64,000 bases of DNA from Octopus sinensis (lineage: Eukaryota): assembly GCF_006345805.1 (NCBI RefSeq), contig NW_021831286.1, positions 124,001 to 188,000 of the forward strand, written 5' to 3'. Both the position numbers and the translations under genes were made by a program. The first letter of the stretch is position 1, and every line of letters begins with the position of its first letter. This document shows positions 51,780 to 64,000 of this stretch, one piece after another. The notes beneath the pieces are model-generated. The model ran no database searches. It saw nothing but the letters and a program-made list of their open reading frames with translations, and was not told the DNA's origin.

Positions 51780-52620
51780 TTTACGCTTTGCGGCCACATA
51801 TAGTTTGAGGACCCGGCGGTGTCTATTGTTACTCTCAAGTAGCGTAGGTTCTTTGTAGGTTCCCATAATTTTTGAAAGTCGGTTTTTTGTCATTAATCAT
51901 CGAAATCTAATAAATCAGATTTCTAGTTCCTCCAAGTACGGTTCTAGTCTGCTTCGAGAAAACCTCGTTCTGTGTCGGAATCCCAATATTGAGAAATCCC
52001 TAACCAAGATATCGTCCGCGTAAATAATTAGTCTGCTCGTAGGAAAATGCGGTTTCGGGACGTCGGCCAGAAATATATTGAAGAGCAAGGAGCTGAGAAC
52101 TGATCCCCGAGGAACCTTTCTTTCTCAGATTTACGGGGTTCGATAGGAAATTTTCACAAAGAAATTCTCTAGCCATCTGACGGTTTTCAGCTTAGCATTC
52201 AATTCTGCCACTTTCTCTAACAGCCCAAAGTGCCAGACACTCCCAAAGACCTCGCAAACATCCAAGCAAACCACCGTTAAACAAGTTTGGCCCGAGACAG
52301 TTCTTTCTCAAAAAGCGAAAAACAGTGACCGGTTGATCGGCCAGGTCTAAATCCCCACTGTTGTTTCGCAAGTATATTATTTTGCTTAACTTAAGCCGAT
52401 AAACGATTGAAAATGATTGTTTCCATTATCTTTGAGGTTGTGCAGATAAGCCTAATTGTTTTATAGCTTCCTGACCGCGTATTCGGTTTCCGGGTTTTGA
52501 GATCATTCGGACGATTTCCCGTTTCCAGTCAGTTGGGACATGACCATTGTCCTAACTGGCATTGAATAGTTTTCCCAAGATACGAAGCACAAATTTGGGT
52601 GTATTCTTGAACTTTTACAT
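51780..52620 (-). mobile_element. Degenerate Jockey/I-like LINE RT
   Basis: QWGFRPGRST, CLDV..FGSVWH, PRGSVLSSLLFNIFLAD, YADDI. Confidence 0.8.
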
Positions 52621-53752
52621 AAAGATGATGTTAAATACAGGTACATTTGTTAAGTGATGACCTTTTAGTCTACTGCACATACTTAATTTCGACTACAAAA
52701 TTGAAGAATATGTACCCATGGGCCATAAAATTTATAAAATTTCTGTTCAACCTGTGAATCAACACAAACAAAAATATGAAAATCATATAAAATTCATTTT
52801 AAAACCAATTTTTATCGAACTATACACCTCACATGCCTACCTACCGAAAAAGGACTTCTGACCCTGGGACATCTTCGTCTCAGTCCGATCATTGTGGGCA
52901 GGTTCGAACCTTTCAGAAAAGATCTACTTCGCTTGCATGAATCGGGGATCACTGGGGATCATAATTAACTGGCTTACCCTGGTCTTTTGATCAATAAAAA
53001 TAAAATTAAACTATAAACCTCACAGAGACCGACAATTTTAGCAGTTTGTAGCTATTAATTCTTTATTTAAAAGTTTCTTTTAAAAGATTTGAAAGTTGAT
53101 TTCTAAAAATTATTCTCTTTACATTGAAGTTAGATTAACTTAAGTCAATTTGAATCAAATATAGATATCATGTTTTTGTCATCGGGTTTTTTCCACATCA
53201 AAAATAGAAGGTTTTTCGCAAATTTTGATTTACTTCAGAAGATATCACGAATTTAGTCGCAATCGCCATTAATATACGAGTTGCTACTAAACTTAACAGC
53301 AGCGAAAAAAATATATAAGGTTACGAACGTGTTATTTTAAATACCAGAATTGTTGAATTAGTATTTAGAGTTATTTAACTGTCTAGAAATTTTTGGCTAG
53401 AAATATAAATATTTTCAAATACAATAACTCATCTTGCTGATGATTTTTGAGTTTTTTTCCAAAGGTCATTCCAATTATAATGATAATGATTGCAACCAAA
53501 TTAATAATTGGGATAATATACAATATGTTGAGAACTGTTTTTTAACTATATTGATTTTTTGCAATAATATTTACCCTTTTGAATTGATATTTTGGCCAAC
53601 GTAGAATCATTTATTTTGTTTGTTTGTATAGTGTGGCCCGTTGTCAAAGTCTGTTTTTACATTTTTATTAATTACTTTGTGTCGTTTTTTTTAGTTTCTA
53701 CCGCAGTTGTGACTTTTCGCAGTTAGAATTGGTTAGGGTTGTGGTTTGTTTC

Positions 53753-53830
53753 GTTGTAGACTTTGTACTAGGTTTTGTGTTTTTTTAGTTGTAGACTTTG
53801 TACTAGGTTTTGTGGTGTTTTTTTAGTTGT
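53753..53830. repeat. Two-copy tandem repeat of about 37 bp
   Basis: gttgtagactttgtactaggttttgtg occurs twice. The minus strand reads Thr/Lys/Ser-rich (KPSTKSTTKK). Confidence 0.7.
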
Positions 53831-54736
53831 ATGTCTTGTAAAGTGGATCGCTAAAAATATTATTCATATTTTCAAATAATACCGGAGTTGTTTGAACTGG
53901 CAATCCATGGAATTTTATTATGGAGAGTTTCATTAAATTTTAAATTATGGCAATATAGAGACTGTTCTTTGGATAGTATTCGACTGCTAAAATAAGAAAA
54001 ACAGAATCAACAGTTCGCTATTATTAATAAAATTCTTCAAATCTTGACTATCCGACAGCCCTATAAAAAGCAATAATTGATAGATGATTTTTCCAAAATA
54101 TATCTACGACTATTTCACATTAAATCACTTAACATTTTTTTTTGTTTCTTGAATATTTAAATTAGTTATATTTACTGTTGGATTTGGAGAATTACTAAAT
54201 ATGTTAATTACAATATATACACTATTCTGATTGTTAAATGCTCAACTGATGAATTTGCTTCGACCTCATTAATCTTCAGTGAAGGTAGAAGGGCCTTAAT
54301 ATATAATCTAATTATTTTACATTTTCAATAATATCGATTTGATTTTCCTAAATATATTAACTTCAATACTTTCATACCGGGACATTTCCAAAGTCAATAT
54401 TCAGAACAAGATCACCTCATATATAATTTAAGTAAAAAATACCAGAAATTAAACCAAAGAAACCTATAATGAACAACATACTTCGTAGCATTAAAAGTTA
54501 ACGAAGAATTATAATTTATACCGAAAATATAGGTCAAACCCAAAATACCTAAAGAATTGTTTTTCATTTTTGCAGTTTGAGATATATGGTCACCATTTTG
54601 TGAGATATAATACACTTCTTTAAAATTTTAAGATTTTAAAGCAAAGTTATTCGTCACTACTTATGTGACCAGACAAAACGAATTGCTGAATCTTTATAGA
54701 AGGTAAACGAAATAATCAGCCATCCGCATTATATTA

Positions 54737-55336
54737 TGTCGCGAGCGCAGCGAGCGACCGAGCGCAGCGAGCGACCACTCAATTTCTAGATCCGATCAAT
54801 CAACAAATCTATAAATTGACAAATACCCAGGCTGGTATTGGGTTTAAATATATTCGATAACAAAATTTAAAATCGATGCCAAAGCAGAATGAGCTTTAAA
54901 ACCGATTTCATAATAAAAATAATATTTTAAAATTTATAATGGATATTTTAGAATAATGAGAAAAAATCTAAATGCTTCATAATTATTAAAATGTCAAAAC
55001 AAGAATTTCTGAAGGAGCAAGCCTGTCTGCACAGTTCATTTTTGATTAGAAGACCTAATTTTAGAGATTAAAACGAAAAAATAGCAATGAGATCTGTTAA
55101 ATTATTTACCCCCTCACAACCTAAACCAAATTAGCGTTCAGTATTCATTGATTTTACTTTTCTATTAAGTCTACTTATAAATTATTTTATGGGATTCAAT
55201 GGAAAACTTAAGTTATTTCAATTTTAATTTTAAATCATGTTAAATTTAAATAATTTAATAAATATATTTGTTGATGACAGGCTTGTTAGCTGTCAAAGTC
55301 GCGTCTAGCGCTCGGTCGCGCGCTGCGCTCGCGACA
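54737..55336. mobile_element. 600-bp MITE with TG..CA ends, GC-rich 29-bp TIRs and 5-bp TSD (Ginger/Tdd-like)
   Basis: TIR TGTCGCGAGCGCAGCG(A/C)GCGACCGAGCGC (28/29 match). TATTA duplicated at 54732-36 and 55337-41. AT-rich noncoding interior. Confidence 0.75.
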
Positions 55337-55550
55337 TATTATCGCTGTTAATAACTTATTTATAAAAAGAAATATCTTCCGTTGTTGAATATGTCACATA
55401 AGCCACTCGATACCTATGGCCAGTCTGTTGCATTAACCTTGAACCAAGATTACTGATTAAGTTTTTGTAATTGATATTTTTTTATTTGTTAATATAATGA
55501 ATATAAAATAATTTTATCTAATAAATAATCAGAATATCTTCTTCGTGTTG

Positions 55551-55998
55551 ATGGCCGATCGTGTAACTCAGCTGCAGGAATGCATAAACATGGTTGTTAT
55601 TTATAATCACTGTAACAAGCTGGGTGAACTATTTACGAATAGTGTAGGGATAATACAACAAACATCCAGTCCAGTTCCTTTAGACGGTTCTATCTCTCCA
55701 AAAGCATCCGAATCTGAAGATTACCCTGAACTTTATAGTAAACAGATCACACGACTTACCCACGACATAAATAATTTAATTGAATCGCTTCCACAAGAAA
55801 TAGAAATTCTTCCGCAGGTTTACCACATTAAAATGATTGTAGAATGAGAAAATCATTCAACTTGAGAAAACTAATAAAGATTTGGCTGACAAACTTCTGA
55901 TCGAATGTTCAAAGGCCGAGAACTTGCTGAACCATGTCCTTGACATTACCACGTTTATTGAAAACATTCAACTCGATAATGTCCCATATAAACTATAA
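55551..55998 (+). CDS. MED21: Mediator subunit 21, two micro-introns
   Basis: MADRVTQLQECIN..ELFTNSVGIIQ..INNLIESLP. Introns 55593-55619 (27 nt) and 55818-55842 (25 nt). Confidence 0.93.
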
Positions 55999-56178
55999 TT
56001 TTTTAAATAAAAATACATCAATTAAGTCTTTGATTTCACTTTTGCACTTTTTCCTTTCTTATGCACTCTTTTTGTTATTATTTTATTTTAAAGGCTTAAA
56101 TCGTTCTGGATTGAGTCCCGTGGGATACAAAAAGACAATTTCGGTTAATAAAATGTATTCGAATAAGATTGTCTAATG

Positions 56179-58270
56179 CAGGGGTGGCCAACCTTTTTCA
56201 CCGGCGAGCTACTTTTCATTTTGCGATTTTTTGGAGATCGACTTATATATTTTAATATCAAAAATTTTATTTTACAATTAAAAATTAATGCGATTTTTGG
56301 CATTGTAATTCACTTGCGATTATTTCAAATTCTGGCTCGTATAAGCTTATTGCTATTCTCATGCAATCCCCAAGATGGTCATCCGTTAAACGTGTCCTGT
56401 ATTGAGATTTTATCATTTTCATACTTGAAAATGATGTTTCGGATAAATATGTGCTTCCAAAGCATGAAAGAATTCGTTGATACGAATCAATCAAAATTGG
56501 ATATTTTTCCTGAGACATAAATTTCCACATGTTGGCATTTAAATGTAATTTTAAAGTGATGTCATTTTTTAGATTTATAATTTCTATTTGACTTTTTCTT
56601 CGATCAACGTCAAAAATCTTGCTAAATTCTTCTGAAATATTTTCGATGTCTACATCCATGAACGGAGAAACAAAGAAACTGCATAATATAGTAATTTTCT
56701 TGAAATCGCTAAATCTGTTATTAAACTCGTTCATTATTTTTTCTAGTACCATAGCAAATTCATTGACATAATGATTTTTATTCACAAGTTGTTTTGTGAA
56801 TTCATCTTCAATGTTAGGAAAATGGGTAAAATTTTCTTTTCTGATTTGAGATATCCATAATTCCAACTTTATTATGAAAGCATTTATTGAACTGATCATA
56901 TCGATAATATATCTATTCTTTCCCTGTAATTCTAAATTGAGTTCATTCAGTTTGCTGGTAATATCGGTTAAAAATGCCAAGTTTATTAGCCAATCAGGAT
57001 TTTCAAGAAAATGCCAATTCTTGTTGTTTTCTTTAGAAAATTCTTTAATGTATGATAATAATTCTCTGAAACGACTGAGAATTAATCCCTTGCTTAACCA
57101 TCTTATGTCACAATGTAAAGGTAGATCGCCATAGATTGCATCGACTTGTTCTAGAAAAAGTCGAAATAATCTTCTTTGTAGGGGCTTGGCTCGGATGGAA
57201 TTAATAATTTTAACTGTTGTCTCCATAACATAGTTGAAATTTAACATTTTCCCACATAATGCATGTTGGTGAATGATGCAATGATATGATAAAAATTTCG
57301 GAAAATGTTCATCTTTCCGACAAAATGCAATAAATCCATTTTGATTCCCAATCATTGCAGGAGCTCCATCTGTTGTTATGGATACAAGTTTCTTCATTAA
57401 CGGTAATAATTCGAATGATAACAAAAACGTTTGAAAGAATTATAAATATTTTCACCAGTTGTTCTTTCTTTCATAGGTATAATAGCAAATAACTCTTCCT
57501 TGACAGTTAGATCATGGAAGATTAAACGGGAAAATACACATAGTTGGGCGATATCAATAGCATCGTTTGATTCGTCAAACTGTAAAGAAAAACACGAACA
57601 TGCGTAAAGATCCTTTTTTAACTGCGAAAGAAGATTTTCAGAAATGCTTTCAGCCCTTCTGACAATTGACTGTTTTGAGAGCTGAAGCTCTTTGATGCAA
57701 TTTGAAATTTCCTGTTTATTTTTCATACCATCAAATAGTGAATCGGCAGCTTCCAAAAAACAAGATTTTAAAATTTCCCCATCAGTGAAAGGTTTTTTGT
57801 GTTTTACGAGGAGACGAGTCACTCGCAATGATGCAATTGTTGCAGATCTGGACGAATTAATAAACTTTTTCAAAATTGTATGTTGTGAAAAAAAAGATTT
57901 TTTTAATTGTTCAACTTTCTCTTCCCGTAATAAGGAATTTAAAGGAAAGTGTTTGTTGAACTCGGGATGTAAAGAATTAAAATGCCGACAAAGATTTCCC
58001 CTTTTTGGTAATGAAATGATTTTATTGCATAGCATACATGTGCATTTTTCCATGTGCATCGTAAAAATATAGTCTTTTTCCCATTTGGCATTAAATTTAT
58101 ATGATTTGGACTTTTTGTTACACCTCATAACAAGACACGTGAAAAATACTTACTTTAATATTGATAAATATTTTTTTATAATAATTTAAATACAAAAAAA
58201 ATAATTAACAATTTATATATCGAGCGATCGACCACGAAACATGCCGCGATCGACCGGTTGACCACCCCTG
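56179..58270 (-). mobile_element. Near-intact hAT transposon (SPIN/GTF2IRD2/EPM2AIP1-like), single frameshift
   Basis: TIR CAGGGGTGG(C/T)CAACC, perfect TSD GTCTAATG. ORFs 57397-58128 and 56285-57424 carry BED-like CMLC..LCRH, SLQFDES, ITTDGAP, YHCIIHQ, IRWLS, GSTYLSE. Confidence 0.95.
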
Positions 58271-58473
58271 GTCTAATGTGAATTCTACTCTGTTAGTTTA
58301 AGTACAATTTCGAGTTATAGATGCGACAAAATTTTATTTGTCCGTCACGTTTTGTTATAATTAAAATCTAAAACTCTAAGATATTGCTTGTTTGTTTACT
58401 TAGACGTCCATTTGATTAAAAAGATTTTTAATAGTAATTTACTAAACTTTTGATTTATTAATCAATGATGATA

Positions 58474-61400
58474 CAGTTAAACCCCTGCCTGCTCCAATAG
58501 AAATCAGCCCTGAATACAGGGGAGGCCCCAGATATCGAGGGTATGTTAATTTATACCCTTTTTTAACTTTTTATTTAATTTTTTAAAATAAAATAGCACT
58601 TAAAAGTCGAAAATTTATTTTATTTATCAATTAAAAAAAGTAATCGCTAATCTTCCCTCCAATATTACATTTTTTTAATTTCTTGGAGACGTTCATTTTA
58701 AAAACATAATATTCATTAAGTGCTTCGGGACATACATTGAATAATGAATTTTCTAAAATATTTATTATATTCATCGTGTCTTTGATGTTATGATTCACAA
58801 TTTCAGCATCCCACCCATCATATAATTGAGGGTCATTTTCAGTTCATCAAATTCTATTTGTATTACATCTGAAATATGAGTCTCCAAAAGTTAAGATTGA
58901 ATTTTTTGATTAATTTCGAAATCATTAATTCTTAATTCATTTATTTTATTAGTTATTGTGTCTTTTGTTACTCAATTCCATGTTTCTCTTATAAATATGA
59001 CAATTTTAGCATATTTATCTTCAATAATGTCTCATAATAAGTCTCATAAATATCGCCAATACAAATTGCTTCATAGAATACATTTGAATAAGATAATTTA
59101 AAAGAATTAATGATCCACCATATCAAGGGGTTGAAAAATGGTAGTTGTATTCTTCTGAAGTTTGAGGAAAGTAAGATTTGAATAATTTGGAAATCTATGA
59201 CACGTAGCATTATCAAAAATAATTAAAATTTTTCGATTTTGTGAAAATATTTCATCATTAATTTTCTGTAACCAATTGTTGAAAATATTAATAGTCATCC
59301 ATGCATTTTTTGACGCATCTTATATAATATATATGTATAATTTAAAATCATTACTTCATAATCCTCAGTCTTATATTCTTAAGGTATCTGGGAGATTTAT
59401 ACTTTTCAATAATCAAAGGTTTTGACTTCTCACCTTTAATAAAACAGCATAAAAGAATTGTTATTTTTTCTTTACGGATTTTTCTACCAAAGCAATTTTC
59501 ATATTTAGTGACAAATGATTTATTTGGATTCTTTTTAATGAAAAAGCAGGTTTCGTCACAATTAAAATGTCTTCCATGTTTAACTTATTCATAAAGTCAT
59601 CATACTCTTCGTAAAATTTTTTAATTAAATTTTTGTCGAAGGAATTCTTTTCACCAGAAATTCCTCTAAAAAATAGTTCATGAGGTTTTTTAAAGCGGGC
59701 TAGCCATCCATTAGAGCTTTTAAAGCTGCTAAAATTTATACGAGTCACGATATTTCTGGCAATTTTTTTAATTAAACATCCGGGAACTGTAATCCCATCT
59801 TGCCTCAGATTCCTGAAAAGATCAAAAACCAGACGATCAAGTTTTGATGATAGATCTGATTCATAATTTTTGTATAGAACTGCGTCAGTAATAGTATTTG
59901 AATAAAATTCTTGTTTAGTTTCCATTTTTATTATAGATACTGTTCCCTTCCCAACTTTAAACATCTTTAATATTTCCCTTTCGAATATGGAGTTTTCCAA
60001 CGCCTCAAAATTTTTCCTTAAAGCACAAGAAAGTACAGTAAAACCTCTCGAATCCGCCGATTTTGGGACCGACCAAAAAATCGGCGGATTCGAGAAATCG
60101 GCGGATTCGAGAGGCAATTTAATAATATTTTATAGTTGAAATATGAACTTACAATATAGATTAAGTATTTCTTTTATATACAAATGACTGAATACATAAA
60201 TTATTTATATTCAAAAAATCAGAAATTTTATTTTTTTAATTGATTTTCTTAACATTCCCCAATTCGCATAATATTTTCATGATCATCTATATCTGCATTT
60301 ACCTGAGAAGCATAAGTTTTAATAATCTCTAGAGCTCTGAAGGCTTCTGAGAGATCAACTTTTTTTCATTTGATTCCTCTTCAATAATTGTTTCCTAAGT
60401 ATAATTATAAATAAAATCACTAACTGATTGAACTTTTTTTGACTGTAATGTACCAGCTTGTTCAGATTTGTTTAAAAATTCGACAATAATTTGATGAGAT
60501 GGACATTGATCTATTACAAGTAGAATTTTTCTTTTTTTCTTTGCAAGTTCACAATCAAAATCACTGAGCCACTTGTTAAAAATTTCACGGTTCATCCATG
60601 CCTTATTGGAATGGGTGTAGGTAACATATTTTCCAATGTTGAAATTTTTAAAACACCTTGGACTTTTGAATCTTCCTATCATCACAGGCCTTCTTTTATC
60701 GGAACCAGAAAATTTGCGCATAAGAGTAACGAAAATCGATCCTTCGACAACTTTATTCCAGGCCGTGATTTGGTGCACACACTTTTGGAAGGAATCGCCT
60801 TGTAAAAAACACCAGTTTCATCTGCATTATAAACATTGTCCAATCCATATTGTTCAATTTTTAAACTCATTGTTTCATTAAAATCAGTAATAGATTTTTC
60901 ATCATGATTTACTGATCCACTGTCTCCGTGAAATTTCTTAACTTGATACCATTTCGTAATTTAAACTTTTCTAGCCACCCACGACTTGCTTTAAATTCTG
61001 GAAAATTTTTTCCAAATTTAAGAGCTTTTGCAATTAACATCGAATCTGATAGAATTGCTCCGCTAGATTCCACTAAGTTAATCCATGTTATCATCGCTAC
61101 ATCAATTTCATTAAATTTGAGTTTTGGAATTCTCGTTATGTTTAATTTTTGATGTCAGTCCTATTCAAAAGGTCCGATTTTGATTTAAGGTCGTTTATAG
61201 TTCTCGGAGAATTTTCTTTTTTAACCGTGAAGAAAAAATCCTGGAAATTTGAGGTGCAGAAACGAATGGGTTGTCAGAAATATAACGTAGTATAGAAATT
61301 TTTTCGTTGATAGAAAGTCTAACACAGCGACGCATCACAAAATACAATTTAACGTGTAATGAGAATTTTAAAATGTTAATTAATTTAACTTACAATTAGA

Positions 61401-61630
61401 TAAAAAAATTATTTTTCATAATACTTGAGGAGCGGATTCGAGAAACAAGCGGATTCAAGAATCATTCATAGGAAATTTCAAATTTTTGATTAAAACAAGC
61501 GGATTCGAGAAGCGGCGGATTCGAGAAGCAGCGGATTCGAGAGGTTTCACTGTATTTTTGGCATAGCCACTAAACAACACGCTATAATTTAAAATAAAAT
61601 AATGCATACAAATTTTATTTAAATTACCGC
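58474..61630 (-). mobile_element. pogo element (family of 21732-23282) split at codon 4 by another pogo
   Basis: 3' TIR-like cagttaaacccctg..ccaatag. FKSSNGWLARFKKPHELFF..ISGEKN, FDNATCH, FQPLDM. Excising the insert restores MPKILSCALRK. Confidence 0.8.
60036..61552 (-). mobile_element. pogo/Tigger element with GCGGATTCGAGA subterminal repeats
   Basis: TIR CAGT(A/G)AAACCTCTCGAATCCGC, TA TSDs. FKASRGWLEKFK, YNADETG, AWMNREIF, VIDQCPSH over frameshifts. Confidence 0.9.
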
Positions 61631-61639
61631 CTTCGCCGA

Positions 61640-62620
61640 CAAAGTCCGCTAAGCTTGGATGCCGAAACGTGCAATCTCTTCCGAGTGGGCTACAGGTGGC
61701 ACCGCCAAGCAAAACCTGGGGGAAAGGCGTCTTCCATACGTAGAAATCCCATTGCACTCCCCCCCAGGACAGCGTTAGTCCTGCGGTGCAGTTATGTGTG
61801 CGTCTACTAAAACTATGTAAAGACGAAGTGCAGTGTAGCAGATATGCTACTCTGCAACATGGCTGAGACCAAGAAGATCCTTGGCGAGGAGCCGACATGA
61901 TGCTCAACATCATATCGGTGAACGCGCGCTCCTTGTTCGGTAATGAGACGCAGTTCGAAGAATGTTGGCCATCACGAGTGCGGACATTCGGGTAGTCAAC
62001 GAAACGAATGTAAATGCGGGTCCGTACGTAGTTAATGGCTACAACTACTGTCACATACCTTGGAAAACGGGGTCAATATGTGGCACGGGAACTAGCCTCT
62101 TTCACAAGCCGTACTTCGCTTTGCAAAGTTCAGGTTTATGTTCTTGTAGCCTATGTGAATTTCTTTAAGTGAGGATTCGCATTGGTAACTTTACATTTTA
62201 TTTAGGGGCGATGTATTTGAAGAACTTGTTCCTGACACGTACGGGAGTTCCTTGGAAAGCATCCGAAGGCGATGGTTGTTGGGGATCTGAATGCCAAGCA
62301 CATAGAGCTTGATGTCAGGGTAACCAACGCGCATGGGTTGGCTCTGAAGACGATCTTCAAGTGAGCCAAACCACATCGACTTGCGAGGAGGACAAGACTT
62401 GCTAGGGCTTGCCCTGGTCAGTCCTGAAATGCTAAATTGGGTTAGTAAAACAATTTTATTGCCCGATATCGGAAGCGACCATCTGCCTTTATTGTACGAA
62501 CTCCGCGAGCCAGTTACTTAAAGGGTTCCGGGATACTTTGAATTCCGGTCGGGTTCTTAGGGCAACCTGGAAAAATTCATGGCTAGCAGGTTGCCCTCAA
62601 GCTAGGATTCAACAAATGAA
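61640..62620 (+). mobile_element. LINE 5' part: ORF1-like Cys/His remnant plus APE endonuclease
   Basis: LNIISVNARSL, VNET, IGNFT, GDLNAK, DIGSDHLP. Confidence 0.75.
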
Positions 62621-62829
62621 TAAGATTCCAGTTCGAAGCCTATTCTTTTGGTTGGATACAATTTTGAGTTATAGATCGCAGAAAAACTTAATTTCTGTGA
62701 AAAATATCTTCCCAGTAGTGTTTCCAGGCTATTTTTTTCATCTCCATTTTTCCTCTATATGAGTGGTTTTCTTTCAATTTGTCGATATTAACGTTCAATG
62801 ACCATTTGCTGAAAATTTGTTTGGTTTCA

Positions 62830-63200
62830 TGTATGATTAAGTTTGTTTTTTAATTCTCTCAAAACAGATTTCATTGAGGGCTTTTAGTACTAGTAATAAA
62901 TTTTCGAGATTGTGTCATTCCAAGTTTTACAAGGAGAGAAGTATTTAATAGAAGTAGCCGAATTATTTCTACACTGTCTTCATCAACAATATTCATAAGC
63001 AAGTTGAGTACTTTATTCCGATCAATGCAATCGAACGCTTTCCTGAGGTAAATTTTGAGGATATAGATCACAACTTTATATTTCTGACATTCCACAACAA
63101 ACTAACAATGTCTCCATACTGCATCGACAATGAATCATCTGGGTACAAAACCACTTTTCCTCAAAGACAGATATTCCTTGACTTATTTGGATATTCTGTA
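62830..63200 (-). mobile_element. RT fragment (RTE-like LINE)
   Basis: ECQKYK..IYLRKAFDCIDR. Confidence 0.6.
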
Positions 63201-64000
63201 AGTGCAATGGTCAAAAATATTTTTTCGTAGTATTCAGCAAAACCCTCATCTTCGGGTTTCTTAGGTCACTTTTTTGTTTTTTTATCTTTTGGATAGGTGA
63301 TTAATTATCTTTTGTTCAGTGAAAGCAAACAATGATGCCAAAAACAGCTGTTAAAAATTTTAGTTATTATCAACGAAAGTAAGTCAGGTAAATATTTTAG
63401 AAGTTCGGCTGGGACTTCTTCATATCCAGGTGCACGGTTGTTGTTAGGTTAGGGATTGGAAAATACTTTTGAAGAAGAGCTAATTTTTTACATTTTTAAA
63501 AATTTTTACAAATTAAAAAGTCATCTTTTATCATTTTCCAATTCAAGAATTCAATGATAATTAGTTGACCCAATATTCAATTTTTTTCATTAAAAAAATC
63601 CGGAAGAGAACTCCAAGTTTCGAAAATCAAATTTTCGGGTTTCTTTAATATAACATCACTAACACTCTTAATTCGTCGAATAATTTTTTCTTTCCAAGTT
63701 TTTGAAGTTCTTCTAAAGGCGAATAAACATTGATGTCCATAATTCCTTACATGTCAAGTCTGATAAGTGCATTTCGAGCTCTGCTGCGTTAATTTAAGTA
63801 GCGATAAATTTTAAGTGCTCACTTTAGCACATAGAGCAGTGTTTCTGTACGCGATATTCAGGATCAAAAATCACAGTAACTCTAAATATTATGATTTTTT
63901 ATTTTTTTAATTTTTATTACATTTTTTGTTTCATGTGGTCTCCAGTCAAATTCCACAGCCTAAAGTGGTCCCCGGTCTAAAAAGGTTAAGAAACAATAAT

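Noticed and set aside
53725-53745. ggttagggtt and similar telomere-like words (also near 63450)
   Set aside because: Single units only; no array or breakage-site pattern.
54737-54776. GAGC repeats reminiscent of a parvoviral Rep-binding element
   Set aside because: No Rep/NS1 ORF or T-shaped hairpin; TIR plus 5-bp TSD is better explained as a MITE.
61430-61550. Short repeated GCGGATTCGAGA units resembling a CRISPR array
   Set aside because: The units are 12-13 bp with no unique spacers, lie inside pogo termini at both ends, and there are no cas genes; the context is eukaryotic.
63960-63989. TTAA followed by CCTTTTTAGACC on the minus strand, like a piggyBac end
   Set aside because: No partner TIR or recognisable transposase within the window.

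Overview
This is AT-rich animal genomic DNA, not prokaryotic. Compact host genes with very short GT-AG introns (mostly 21-32 nt) lie between dense, often nested transposon relics. Host genes recognised after hand-splicing: URI1, VPS33, CFAP300, PTCD3, a GluN1-like NMDA receptor subunit, ZSWIM2, a Cys-loop nAChR alpha subunit resembling the spiralian anion-selective clade, a minimal Delta-like ligand, MED21, and an orphan coiled-coil gene. Mobile elements: R4-like and CRE-clade RLE retrotransposons, several APE-type LINEs (one with a 2A-like DVEQNPGP peptide), pogo/Tigger, Tc1, hAT, Merlin-like, Ginger-like integrase relics, a TG..CA MITE and a probable Penelope relic. Intron sizes, a ciliary gene and the spiralian-type receptor suggest a dicyemid mesozoan (inference, not verified). 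No rRNA, tRNA or CRISPR array was seen. All homology calls come from motif recognition by eye, with no database search; relic boundaries are approximate unless TIRs or TSDs are quoted.
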